A stretch of 64,000 nt of DNA from Clostridia bacterium (GTDB lineage: Bacteria; Bacillota; Clostridia; Oscillospirales; CAG-272), in assembly GCA_017621415.1 (NCBI GenBank), contig JAGATD010000033.1, forward strand, positions 5,852 to 69,851, in the 5' to 3' direction. The first letter of the stretch is position 1; every line of letters starts with the position of its first letter. This document shows, piece after piece, positions 34,668 to 43,887 of the stretch. A program made the position numbers and the translations under genes. The notes beneath the pieces were generated by a model. The model was not told the DNA's origin and searched no databases. It saw nothing but the letters and a program-made list of their open reading frames with translations.

Positions 34668-37600
34668 TTATTGTTCTACCCATCCGTCTTCGGGGATTTG
34701 AGTTTCGCTATTGCCAAAGGTCATGTCCTCCGAACCGTCTTCAAAGGGAAGATTAGGCATTGGAGTAGGCTCGGGTTCAGGTTCAGGCTCGGGTTCAGGA
34801 GTTAAGCTGTCGGAAAGCGGGGTATCTGTTACTCCGACAAACACATTGTCAAACTTAACTTCCAGCCCTCTTGTGTATCCTGTGCCTCTAAAGTAGAAGC
34901 CGAAGCCCCAGAAGTTAGTATCAGAGAGTCCCTTTGTGGCTGTAAGATCAAACTCAGCCTGCTTTTCGCCATTTACATAGAAGATAAAGCCGCCGCCAAC
35001 CGTATATTCGGCACGGAGATTGTAGGTTACACCTATTGCAAGCTCTGCACCAAACAGACTTAAGCTGTCCTGGTCTCCGTCGCCGTTGTAGTCAACACCC
35101 TTGTATTTGAGGAAGCTGTGGGCGAACATATTGTCATTCTTTATTACATCGGTTTCGGCGCCGATGAAGCCTACAAACGCAGCTCCAAGGTCGGAGGAGG
35201 ACATATTGCGTCCGCCAAGGTAGGTGAAGTCGGTTTCAAATACATAAACAGTTCCGTTTTCGTAAACTGTGTCCTTGTTGTATCTGTCGTTCTTGAAGCC
35301 GATGCCGTACCAGGTTGGGTCATCGCTTACGATAAACGAGCCGTCTGCAATTTCATATTTTCCGCCGCCTGTGGTACTGCCCTTGTATTCGGCAATTCCG
35401 TAGGATGTAGCGGTTGTAAAGTGATATCTTGTTCCTGTGTAGTACGAGTTACCGTAGTAGGTCTTATCTGCCTCGGGAATATCGGGATATTCGGGCAGAG
35501 GAGGCTCGGGGTCGGGGTCGTAGCCGGGAACGGTTGTGTCGGGTGCTTGGCTTCCAACCTTTATGTTATCAAAATCAAGCTCCAAGCCGTCGCTCTTGCC
35601 GCCTCTGGTGTAAATACCAAGACCAACAAAGCTTCTGTCAGATGCATATGTTGTAAGACCTATGTTAAACACATCCTTGTTAATGCTTGCAGCCTCTGTT
35701 CCGTCAACATAGAATTTAAAGCCTGATGATGCATAGTTGAATCTATCCTGCCAGCTTGAGGAATTGTAAAGACCGTCGCCTACGGTGTACTCTATACGTA
35801 TTCTATAGGTTTTACCCTTTTCGAGAGGCGCGCCAAATACTGTAATTCCACTACCCTCTGTGTCGGTGTAGGAGATATATCCGTATGCGAACATATTTCC
35901 GTTCTTAAGGCTTGTTTTATTTGAAAGCAAACCAATAAACGCTGCGTTAAGGTCATTTCCTGTGGGTGCTCCGCCCGCAAATGTCAGGTCGGCCTCAAAG
36001 TAATAGGTTGTTCCAACCGCATATTTTGACTGCGCGGTATCATTAAGAATAGCAAACCCGTCCATGCCGTACTCGGTGTTAACGGTAAGCTTTCCGTCTG
36101 TTAAGTCAATTCCGCCGGGAGTTTTATCCTCTTCACCGTAGAATGTGTGAAGAATTCCGCTTGTTTTTCCGTCATCAAAGGTATATTCGGTGAGAGTGTC
36201 GGTATCTATAGGCTTATTTGTGCCGTCAATGTTGAGGGCAGGGGATTTAGATGGGTCTGTTATAGGTTGATATTCAATGTCTGTCTTGTAAGCATTGATA
36301 TCATCAAGAAGAATTACACAATCAGCGCTTGAGAGGGTTTGCAGCTTCATGTAGGAGTAGGTGCCTCCGGGAGTAGCGCTTCCTGTAAGCTTTTCGCCGG
36401 ACTGGTTATAGTAGTTGTCTGTAACGGCAACCAACTTGTCGTTGTAGTATATTCTTGCTCTTACCGTATTTTCGTCACCGGGGAAGTATTCAAGCCTAAG
36501 GTTAAACCATTGGCCAAATGCAGGCTGAACATCAATGACATTATCTATAGATTTTGATGCTGAATTAGATGATGATTCTACAATGCTGACTCTTCCGGAG
36601 TCTTTTCTTAAGGAGACCATATAAGAGTTATCAAGGAATATCTGCACCGAGTAGGATGACTCCATATCAAGAACACAGAAGTCTCCCTCGAATACAAAAC
36701 AGGAGGTTTTTTTAGCAGCGGCATAGGGAAGCAGGAGAACCTGGTCATTGCCGCCGGCCTTTGAGTCTATCTTTAAAACATTTCCATCTCTATTGGCTCT
36801 GGGGTCTTTAATAACAATAATTGAGCCGCCTGCTTGGGATGAGCCGGCAGATGTGTTTGTGTCCAGGGGAGCCGCATTTACAGCTTCCTCATCAAAGGTT
36901 ACAGGGATAACCTCTTTTATTTCCTCTTTGTCCTTTATAACAGGCTGAAGCGAATTAAGTATAAGAAGATATCTGTACCAGTCTGAGTATGTGTATATCG
37001 GAACCATATCGTATTTCAGCGCAGAATAAATAACGCTTACGATATCCGAGGATGCAAGCATTGTAGCATTTACATCGCCCTCAATGCTTCCGGGAACTGC
37101 GGCAGGCAGACCCTGAGAGGTTGCTGCCGAGGTTGTTTGGTTATAAGAGAATGAACCGTCGGGCTTGATGAATAAAGCAAGCTTTGCGCGTGTTGCTGCA
37201 ATATAGCCCGGAGCTCCGTCTCGAAGCTTTTTCAAAAGAGTGTCTGCGAGAACAACATCGCTGTCGTCGCCGCTTCTTAACGAGCTTATAATTCTGTTCA
37301 TTGCCGCCCATGTGTTATAAACATCTGTTATAGCGCTCGGATTTTCATCTGACAGCATAGCCGACATAGCCTTTTCTGCCGCAATATCAGCCTTGGGAAG
37401 AGGAATTTTGGCACTGGAGAATATTCCGGCAACCTTCATAAGTCCATTTATTCCGGCATATCCTGTATTTTCTTCCCACAAGCCGTTATCAAGCTGCTTG
37501 TCTTTTAGCCAGGTTATGAGAATTTCAACAAGGGAATAATCTTTTCCCTCCTCCTTAAGCACACTGTCACGGTAAATTATCTCGCTTATCTGAGCAACAA

Positions 37601-38861
37601 GTCCGCTGCCTACAACATAAGAATCGGCGTTGATATCATGCTCGGCAAGATAACTTTCAAAAGCTTCTTTGTTTTCGAGGTGAGCCGGAACGGCAACCGC
37701 AGTTGCTATAATTTTTGAGACTGCGAGAACCTTGTTAGATGTAAGTCTTTCTGTTAAAGGTGTGTTGCTGGGGAGAACTGTTTCATCCGCGGAATCCTCT
37801 CCGCCAACACCTGTGGGAGTTGAATAGGTAGGCTTTTCGCCAAGAGACTTAAGCACCGATACACTTCGAGAAAGGTCCCTGGCTCTTCTGGAGGTGTGCA
37901 GGTCTGTAAGGGCAGCACCCCACTGAGGGTGATAGAAATATCCGTTAGGATGCTGAAGTCCCTTAATGAATGAAACAATTTGAGCTTTCATCCAATCGGG
38001 CAAAAGCTTTGAGTAATTTCTGAATCCGTCATTTTCGGTATATCCCATGCCCGATGCAGATATAAATGACAGGGCTTGATATGTACTGTCTGCATCTGGT
38101 AGATATCCGGGAGTGTTACGTGCTGAGTTTGAGTAGTAATAACCGCCGACTGCAGGGTCGTAAAGATTGGCAAACCAGGAAATGAGCTCTTCGATATAAA
38201 TAGTGTAAAGCTGTTTAAGCGCTGCGGTAGTTTTACTTCCGTTTTCAGCTCCTATCTGTTTTTCAAGAAGTGTCCACTTTTCGGCTATCAAGGCTTGGTC
38301 TATCGCTTCGTAATGGGCAACAATATTAACAACCTCGGTGTAAAGAATGCCTGCCTTAAGGCTAAGCGAGGATTTTACATAGTTGTCGTTAAGATGGTTT
38401 ATAGCTTTTATTAAAGCAATATCATCTACCGAATTGTCGTAAGCAATTGCAATAGAGGAGCCGTCTGTGTAGATGAGTATTCTCGGTCTGCCTTCGCTTT
38501 CTTCCTCGGTGGTCAGGTCAATTCTGTTAAGCAACCTGTAAGCCTCCTTGGATACAGCTCTTTCGGTGCTTCCAAAAACGATTTCGTGGGAACGTTGCTC
38601 GTCTGTAGCTTTGATTATTTCGGGGGAAAAGCCGACATTGGCAGCAAGGTTATAATAAAATGTATAAAATGAGTCTGTAACTCTGTCGTTTTCGCTCTCA
38701 GGCATTATGATAGCCACGGGAGTACTTTCGCCATATATGAGCTTATCGTTGCTCGAGTCTGAGCTTCCCGATGGTTTTGTGTTATCGCCTGGCGCGCAGG
38801 AGATAAGAATAGCTGCCATAACGATTAGAATTGAGCACAAAGTAAATACTCTTTTTTTCAT
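34668..38861 (-). CDS. giant multidomain lipoprotein: N-terminal domain, alpha/alpha-toroid-like domain, a jelly-roll-like domain, the A-B modules cassette, a PE linker and an acidic tail; function unknown
   Basis: 1397 aa preceded by RBS AAAGGAAGG. The signal peptide with lipobox is MKKRVFTLCSILIVMAAILISC. The domain paralogies are listed under the findings. Confidence 0.8.
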   Translation of the reverse strand: MKKRVFTLCSILIVMAAILISCAPGDNTKPSGSSDSSNDKLIYGESTPVAIIMPESENDRVTDSFYTFYYNLAANVGFSPEIIKATDEQRSHEIVFGSTERAVSKEAYRLLNRIDLTTEEESEGRPRILIYTDGSSIAIAYDNSVDDIALIKAINHLNDNYVKSSLSLKAGILYTEVVNIVAHYEAIDQALIAEKWTLLEKQIGAENGSKTTAALKQLYTIYIEELISWFANLYDPAVGGYYYSNSARNTPGYLPDADSTYQALSFISASGMGYTENDGFRNYSKLLPDWMKAQIVSFIKGLQHPNGYFYHPQWGAALTDLHTSRRARDLSRSVSVLKSLGEKPTYSTPTGVGGEDSADETVLPSNTPLTERLTSNKVLAVSKIIATAVAVPAHLENKEAFESYLAEHDINADSYVVGSGLVAQISEIIYRDSVLKEEGKDYSLVEILITWLKDKQLDNGLWEENTGYAGINGLMKVAGIFSSAKIPLPKADIAAEKAMSAMLSDENPSAITDVYNTWAAMNRIISSLRSGDDSDVVLADTLLKKLRDGAPGYIAATRAKLALFIKPDGSFSYNQTTSAATSQGLPAAVPGSIEGDVNATMLASSDIVSVIYSALKYDMVPIYTYSDWYRYLLILNSLQPVIKDKEEIKEVIPVTFDEEAVNAAPLDTNTSAGSSQAGGSIIVIKDPRANRDGNVLKIDSKAGGNDQVLLLPYAAAKKTSCFVFEGDFCVLDMESSYSVQIFLDNSYMVSLRKDSGRVSIVESSSNSASKSIDNVIDVQPAFGQWFNLRLEYFPGDENTVRARIYYNDKLVAVTDNYYNQSGEKLTGSATPGGTYSYMKLQTLSSADCVILLDDINAYKTDIEYQPITDPSKSPALNIDGTNKPIDTDTLTEYTFDDGKTSGILHTFYGEEDKTPGGIDLTDGKLTVNTEYGMDGFAILNDTAQSKYAVGTTYYFEADLTFAGGAPTGNDLNAAFIGLLSNKTSLKNGNMFAYGYISYTDTEGSGITVFGAPLEKGKTYRIRIEYTVGDGLYNSSSWQDRFNYASSGFKFYVDGTEAASINKDVFNIGLTTYASDRSFVGLGIYTRGGKSDGLELDFDNIKVGSQAPDTTVPGYDPDPEPPLPEYPDIPEADKTYYGNSYYTGTRYHFTTATSYGIAEYKGSTTGGGKYEIADGSFIVSDDPTWYGIGFKNDRYNKDTVYENGTVYVFETDFTYLGGRNMSSSDLGAAFVGFIGAETDVIKNDNMFAHSFLKYKGVDYNGDGDQDSLSLFGAELAIGVTYNLRAEYTVGGGFIFYVNGEKQAEFDLTATKGLSDTNFWGFGFYFRGTGYTRGLEVKFDNVFVGVTDTPLSDSLTPEPEPEPEPEPTPMPNLPFEDGSEDMTFGNSETQIPEDGWVEQ
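34767..34799 (-). repeat. in-frame (Pro-Glu)n dinucleotide-codon repeat encoding PEPEPEPEPEP
   Basis: The plus strand reads ggctcgggttcaggttcaggctcgggttcagg. It encodes a linker between the last module and the C-terminal tail of the 1397-aa protein. Confidence 0.8.
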
Positions 38862-38967
38862 TATTTACCCTTCCTTTCTTGCGGTATAGATAGTTTCAAT
38901 CAAAGAAATATGTTGGTTTTGTGTATGTTGAACAATAAAAGGATTAAAAATAAACCTGTTTTATATC

Positions 38968-38996
38968 AGTGTACCATACCATATTTTAAATGTCAA
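38968..38996 (-). promoter_or_regulatory. candidate sigma-A promoter (extended -10) for the 1397-aa lipoprotein operon
   Basis: The minus strand reads TTGACA-17 nt-TACACT with TGg upstream (ttgacatttaaaatatggtatggtacact). The leader is about 100 nt. Confidence 0.4.
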
Positions 38997-39044
38997 CAAT
39001 TACACCTAATATTGATAAACGCTCAAAATCGCTCAAACACACAT

Positions 39045-39080
39045 AAAAAAGACTGCCTCAAAAATGAATTTGAGACAGTC
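39045..39080 (-). terminator. intrinsic terminator downstream of the ABC transporter gene
   Basis: On the minus strand the hairpin gactgtctcaaa/tttgaggcagtc is followed by T6. Confidence 0.8.
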
Positions 39081-39106
39081 TCGGTAATAGATTAAGGTAA
39101 AGCTTA

Positions 39107-42100
39107 TTATTCTGTTCTGAGAGCTACCACAGGGTCTTTCTTAGCTGCGGAGCGAGAGGGAATAATTCCTGCGATAAGTGTGAGCACCATGCTGATAATA
39201 ACCAGAGCCAAAGCGCCCTGCCAGGGAAGAATAGCTCTAATGCTGTCAAGTCCTGTAAAGTACTGCACGATAGCCGTAATGGGTATGCAAAGAATGAGAG
39301 TTGTCAGAATACCGAGAGCGCCTGCCGCAAGGCCTATGATCAGTGTTTCGGCATTGAATACTCTGGAAACATCCTTCTTTGATGCACCCATAGCACGAAG
39401 TATACCAATCTCCTTTATTCTCTCAAGAACCGAGATGTTGGTTATAATACCAATCATTATCGATGAAACAACAAGGGAGATAGAAACAAATGCTATAAGC
39501 ACATAGGAGATAGCATCAATGATAATGGTTACAGAGGACATCATTGCGCCTACGATATCAGTGTATTTGATCTCGTCCTTTTCACGTCCGTCCGCCTTGG
39601 CAGCCTTGTTGTAATCCTTAATAAACTCTTCGACACGCTCTTTAGACTCAAAGTCTTTAGCAAAGAAGTTTATGGCTGCGGGTTTAGCCTTTTCGGCATC
39701 GTCAAGAGTTTCAAGAACGCTGTCGTAGGTTGCGTCTATTCCGGGAGCCATATTGTAAAGAGTTTCTTCAAGTCTTACGAACAGGTCGTCAGGCATTGCC
39801 GCAAGGAGAAGTGAGAAAATCTTTTCATCAATCTCAAGATTCATAACAAAGTCATTCATCTCGGAATAAACCTCTGTCATTACCGTCTCGTCGGCATAAT
39901 CTGCAAGGCCCGGTATACCGGAGTTCAGCATAGTTGCAATCTGAGCAAGCATGGGCGGCAGAGTGGGGAGGGTTGTTGCGATATTTTCAGGGGTGATGTT
40001 TATACCAAACTGAGATGTCTGCGCTGAAATCATAGCGCACAGAAGGGTAAGCATAGCGCTATTGCCCTCGTTTATAGAGCCGACAAGCTTTTCATAGACC
40101 GCTGTCTGCTCTACCGCAGGAAGACTTATTATTGCGCCGCTGAGATTCTGAGCGGTTAATGAGCCAAGCTCCGGGTGCTTAGAACTCAAATCGGATATTA
40201 CCTCATTAACCGCGGCAGGGTCTGCGAGACCAACAATTCCGGGGATGCCCAAAGCGACGATTAGAGGCGCGGTCTCCATTTTGTTAAGAACCGGGAGGAG
40301 AGCTGTGATATTATCCTTAGTAACCGTAATTCCGTTTGTCATAGAGGAAATGGTTGCAAATGTTCTGTCTGTTCCTGTGGGATTTTTTGCATAAGCAGAG
40401 CTTATAATTTTTGTGAGTATCGCTGCCTGGTCCTTTTCGGGAAGAAGCATAAACATTGTGTTAATGTTTGCTCTGTTTACGTTAAGCATAGATGAAATAT
40501 TTTCATCTTTGAGAATCTCGTTGGTCATAACCTTGTAGAACATATCCATGGTAGCGGAGTCAATTTTGTGGATAAGCTCATTGATGTTCTCTCTTGTGTA
40601 AACCGTTCTTTCAAAAGCAAGACCTGTAAGCACGTTTACACCGGGAGTTTCCTTTTGCTGATTGATAACCTCGCTGGCTGCGTTCTGAGCAAGGATGTAG
40701 TCTGTGAGAGCCTTGGTGTAGCCGATAGCTCCCGAAATGCTAGTTGCTGTGGCTCCCTCTTTGGGTCTTACGATACCCGCAATTTTAATCTCGACGCCAT
40801 TTTCCGAAACAAATTTTTCCTGATCGAAATTAAAGCCGTCACGCAGGTCATTCCATATAGGATATTCCTTGTCGCTTCCTTCAACCTTATAGGTTTTACC
40901 GTTTTCGGCAAAGAAATCAGAAGTGGTAAGAAGCTTAAATTTAGTATTAAGAATTTCTTCATAGGTAAACGGAGGAATCTCTTCGGATTTGTATTCTCCG
41001 TTCATCAAATCCTTTATTTCTTGGTCGATATTGCTTGGGTCGCGCATACCAAGCATATAAAGGGTCATTTTGCTTATCTGGTTGTTTGAGTTAACAACGA
41101 GCACAACCTCGTTATACTCTTTTGGCCAATTTCCCGAGATAACCTCATACTGCTGGTCGAGCAGCTCCTGGTTGTTTATCATTTCGGAGAATACGTCCAT
41201 TCCCATAGAGCCGCCCATTTCCATAAGCTCGCTCATACCGGCGAAGGCATCGCCCATATGCTCAAACACCGTCTCCATTCCGACCTTTACCTTGCCGTCT
41301 AACGTATATACCTGCAAGTTGTAGTCGTAGGCATACTGTATATCGCTGATATAATCCTTTATATCGTCATAGTTTTCTTCAATATGCTTTTTGAATGCCT
41401 CCAGGTTGTTTTCAACAGTTGACGACATTGCACCCATCATAGTGCCGAAGGAATCATCAACATATATTTTGCCGGAATCGCGGTAGTTGCCTTCGTTGGA
41501 TACACTGGTCATAGCCGCAAGCATTGCCGACATATCCTGCGTATGCTTTTGGAGAGTGAGAGGATAGGTCGAAAGAGTATCCTCTTGAACTTGGGCAATA
41601 AAGGCATTTATACCTGTTGAGAGCGCAAGAATCAAGGCAATACCGATAATACCAATACTTCCCGCAAAGCTTGTCATTATGGTGCGACCTTTTTTGGTGG
41701 CAAGGTTGTTAAGGGAGAGGGAAACAGCCGTAAGGAATGACATTTTGGCCTTTTCCTTCTTCTTTTTGGCTGCTTTTCTTTCCTTAAAGCTTGCGGTTGC
41801 CAATCGAGCCGCCTCATCAGCCTCAGCCTTTGCCTTTTCTTCAAGAAGCTTAGCTTCTGCCGCAAATTCCTCTTCGGTTACAGGGTTAGAGTCCTCGGTA
41901 ACAAGACCGTCAAGCAGGCGAACTATTCGTGTGGAATATTCCTCCGCAAGCTCGGGGTTATGTGTTACCATAATAACAAGACGCTCGCCCGCAATCTCGC
42001 GGATAAGGTTCATAATCTGAACTGAGGTAACTGTGTCTAGAGCGCCGGTAGGCTCATCTGCCAGAAGTATCTCCGGGTCATTTACCAGTGCGCGGGCTAT

Positions 42101-42553
42101 TGCAACTCTCTGGCACTGACCACCCGAGAGCTGGTTTGGGCGCTTATAATACTGGCTGGAAAGACCAACTCTGTCAAGAGCTCTTTTTGCTCTTGCAACA
42201 CGTTCTTCTTTTGAGATGCCCGAGATGGTGAGCGCAAGCTCCACGTTAGAGAGAATTGTTTGGTGGGGAATAAGGTTATAGCTTTGGAAAATAAAGCCGA
42301 CTCTGTGATTGCGGTATACGTCCCAGTCGCGGTCCTTGTATAACTTTGTGCTTCTGCCGTTTATTACAAGGTCGCCGTCGGTATATTTATCAAGTCCGCC
42401 AACGATGTTAAGAAGGGTTGTTTTTCCGCAGCCCGATGGACCTAAAATAGAAACAAATTCTTTGTCTCGGAAGGCTATATTAATCCCTTTAAGAGCCGAG
42501 ACGGTCTCAGAGGATGTAACGTAGTCCTTTGTAATATTTTTTAATTCAAGCAT
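39107..42553 (-). CDS. fused ABC ATPase / FtsX-MacB-type permease with a very large extracytoplasmic domain
   Basis: 1148 aa. Walker A GPSGCGKTT, signature LSGGQCQRV, Walker B LLADEPTGALD. A Lys/Glu-rich linker follows, then TM1 at about residues 291-320, about 680 aa of non-hydrophobic sequence, and three C-terminal TM helices with FtsX-like motifs (LRAMGASKKDV). Confidence 0.85.
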   Translation of the reverse strand: MLELKNITKDYVTSSETVSALKGINIAFRDKEFVSILGPSGCGKTTLLNIVGGLDKYTDGDLVINGRSTKLYKDRDWDVYRNHRVGFIFQSYNLIPHQTILSNVELALTISGISKEERVARAKRALDRVGLSSQYYKRPNQLSGGQCQRVAIARALVNDPEILLADEPTGALDTVTSVQIMNLIREIAGERLVIMVTHNPELAEEYSTRIVRLLDGLVTEDSNPVTEEEFAAEAKLLEEKAKAEADEAARLATASFKERKAAKKKKEKAKMSFLTAVSLSLNNLATKKGRTIMTSFAGSIGIIGIALILALSTGINAFIAQVQEDTLSTYPLTLQKHTQDMSAMLAAMTSVSNEGNYRDSGKIYVDDSFGTMMGAMSSTVENNLEAFKKHIEENYDDIKDYISDIQYAYDYNLQVYTLDGKVKVGMETVFEHMGDAFAGMSELMEMGGSMGMDVFSEMINNQELLDQQYEVISGNWPKEYNEVVLVVNSNNQISKMTLYMLGMRDPSNIDQEIKDLMNGEYKSEEIPPFTYEEILNTKFKLLTTSDFFAENGKTYKVEGSDKEYPIWNDLRDGFNFDQEKFVSENGVEIKIAGIVRPKEGATATSISGAIGYTKALTDYILAQNAASEVINQQKETPGVNVLTGLAFERTVYTRENINELIHKIDSATMDMFYKVMTNEILKDENISSMLNVNRANINTMFMLLPEKDQAAILTKIISSAYAKNPTGTDRTFATISSMTNGITVTKDNITALLPVLNKMETAPLIVALGIPGIVGLADPAAVNEVISDLSSKHPELGSLTAQNLSGAIISLPAVEQTAVYEKLVGSINEGNSAMLTLLCAMISAQTSQFGINITPENIATTLPTLPPMLAQIATMLNSGIPGLADYADETVMTEVYSEMNDFVMNLEIDEKIFSLLLAAMPDDLFVRLEETLYNMAPGIDATYDSVLETLDDAEKAKPAAINFFAKDFESKERVEEFIKDYNKAAKADGREKDEIKYTDIVGAMMSSVTIIIDAISYVLIAFVSISLVVSSIMIGIITNISVLERIKEIGILRAMGASKKDVSRVFNAETLIIGLAAGALGILTTLILCIPITAIVQYFTGLDSIRAILPWQGALALVIISMVLTLIAGIIPSRSAAKKDPVVALRTE

Positions 42554-42807
42554 CCCATTTTCTTCCTTACAAATAGAATATATGTTCTTATTATACTGTC
42601 AAAATATGAATATTTCTACAAAAATAAAAAAACTGCGTATAAACAAATTAGCGAAAAACACAAAATTAAAAATAGCTTGGTATAATGATTGAAAATATAA
42701 ATCCTTACGGTGCTTGACAAAGAAAAGAAAAAATGGTACAATAAGACATAATGTGTCAACTAACGTAACCGTATGCTTTGACATTAAAACGGCTGAAAGG
42801 AATTTTT

Positions 42808-43641
42808 ATGAATTACAAAATTGTTGCAGACTCCTCAGCGGATATGCTCACGCTTTCGGAGATAGACTTTGATTTGGCGCCGCTTAAGATAATAACAGAC
42901 AACAAGGAATATACAGACAATGCAGAGCTTAACGTGAGCGAAATGCTTACAGACCTTAAGTTATATAAGGGAAAATCACGCACCTCCTGCCCGAGCTCTG
43001 GCGAATTTGAAGAGGCATTTGGCGATGCTGACAGAGTTTTCTGTATTACAATAACATCAAATCTTTCCGGAAGCTGTAATGCGGCTCGGGTGGCGGCGAA
43101 GACTTATGTAGAAAAGTATCCTGACAGAATGGTGCATGTTATAGACAGCCTTTCCACGGGACCCGAGATGTACATAGTTATAGAAAAACTGGTGGAGCTT
43201 ATAAAATCCGGTGAGGATTTTGACACTATTGTAGAAAAGATTACCGACTATAATGTTAATCACACAAGGCTTCTTTTCGCCCTTGAATCTATGCACAACC
43301 TTGCAAACAACGGCAGAGTCAGCCATCTTGTAGCAAAAATGGCAGGTCTTCTCGGCATTCGCGCTATCGGACGGGCAAGCGATGTCGGTACCCTTGAGAT
43401 GATTTGCAAATCCCGAGGCTTGAAAAACATGGTAGCGGATATCTTCTCTAATATGAAAGGCGATGGATACAAGGGTGGAAAGGTGAGAATACACCATGCC
43501 CAAAACCTTGCTGCGGCAGAGCTCTTGCGCGAGAAGATTGCGGAGGTGTTCCATAAGGCTGAAATAATTATCGCTGAAGCAAGAGGTCTTTGCAGCTTTT
43601 ATGCCGAGGCGGGCGGCCTTTTGGTAGGCTTTGAAATTTAA
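42808..43641 (+). CDS. DegV-family fatty-acid-binding protein
   Basis: ATG at 42808 follows GAAAGGA. The protein starts MNYKIVADSSADM and contains ITSNLSGSCNAA and a C-terminal AGGLLVGFE. Confidence 0.8.
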   Translation: MNYKIVADSSADMLTLSEIDFDLAPLKIITDNKEYTDNAELNVSEMLTDLKLYKGKSRTSCPSSGEFEEAFGDADRVFCITITSNLSGSCNAARVAAKTYVEKYPDRMVHVIDSLSTGPEMYIVIEKLVELIKSGEDFDTIVEKITDYNVNHTRLLFALESMHNLANNGRVSHLVAKMAGLLGIRAIGRASDVGTLEMICKSRGLKNMVADIFSNMKGDGYKGGKVRIHHAQNLAAAELLREKIAEVFHKAEIIIAEARGLCSFYAEAGGLLVGFEI

Positions 43642-43654
43642 ACTTGTATAAAAG

Positions 43655-43684
43655 GCTTCGATTTGCGTCGGAGCTTTTGCTTTT
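43655..43684 (+). terminator. intrinsic terminator
   Basis: Hairpin gcttcga/tcggagc (one G-U pair) followed by ttttgctttt. Confidence 0.5.
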
Positions 43685-43823
43685 AACAAAGCAAGTGTAT
43701 CTCGAAATGTGGAAAAATGTAAGCCTAAGTTGTCAAAAACCCAATAATCTTGTTTTTTGATATGGCCGTGATGTGATTGATGTTACTCTTTTTGACTGCA
43801 AATGTCATATTTTTCTTTGGGGC

Positions 43824-43852
43824 TTGATTTATTTATTCATATATGTTAAAAT
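43824..43852 (+). promoter_or_regulatory. sigma-A promoter (extended -10) for rimM-trmD
   Basis: TTGATT-17 nt-TAAAAT with TGt upstream. Confidence 0.5.
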
Positions 43853-43887
43853 AATATTTACTAATATGTATAACAAAGCGGAGCAGT

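Noticed and set aside
38910-39095. 61-aa plus-strand ORF in the intergenic region between the lipoprotein operon and the ABC gene
   Set aside because: The region is AT-rich intergenic sequence with no convincing RBS. The ORF overlaps the promoter and terminator elements of the flanking minus-strand genes. The 61-aa ORF at 42599..42784 is rejected for the same reasons.
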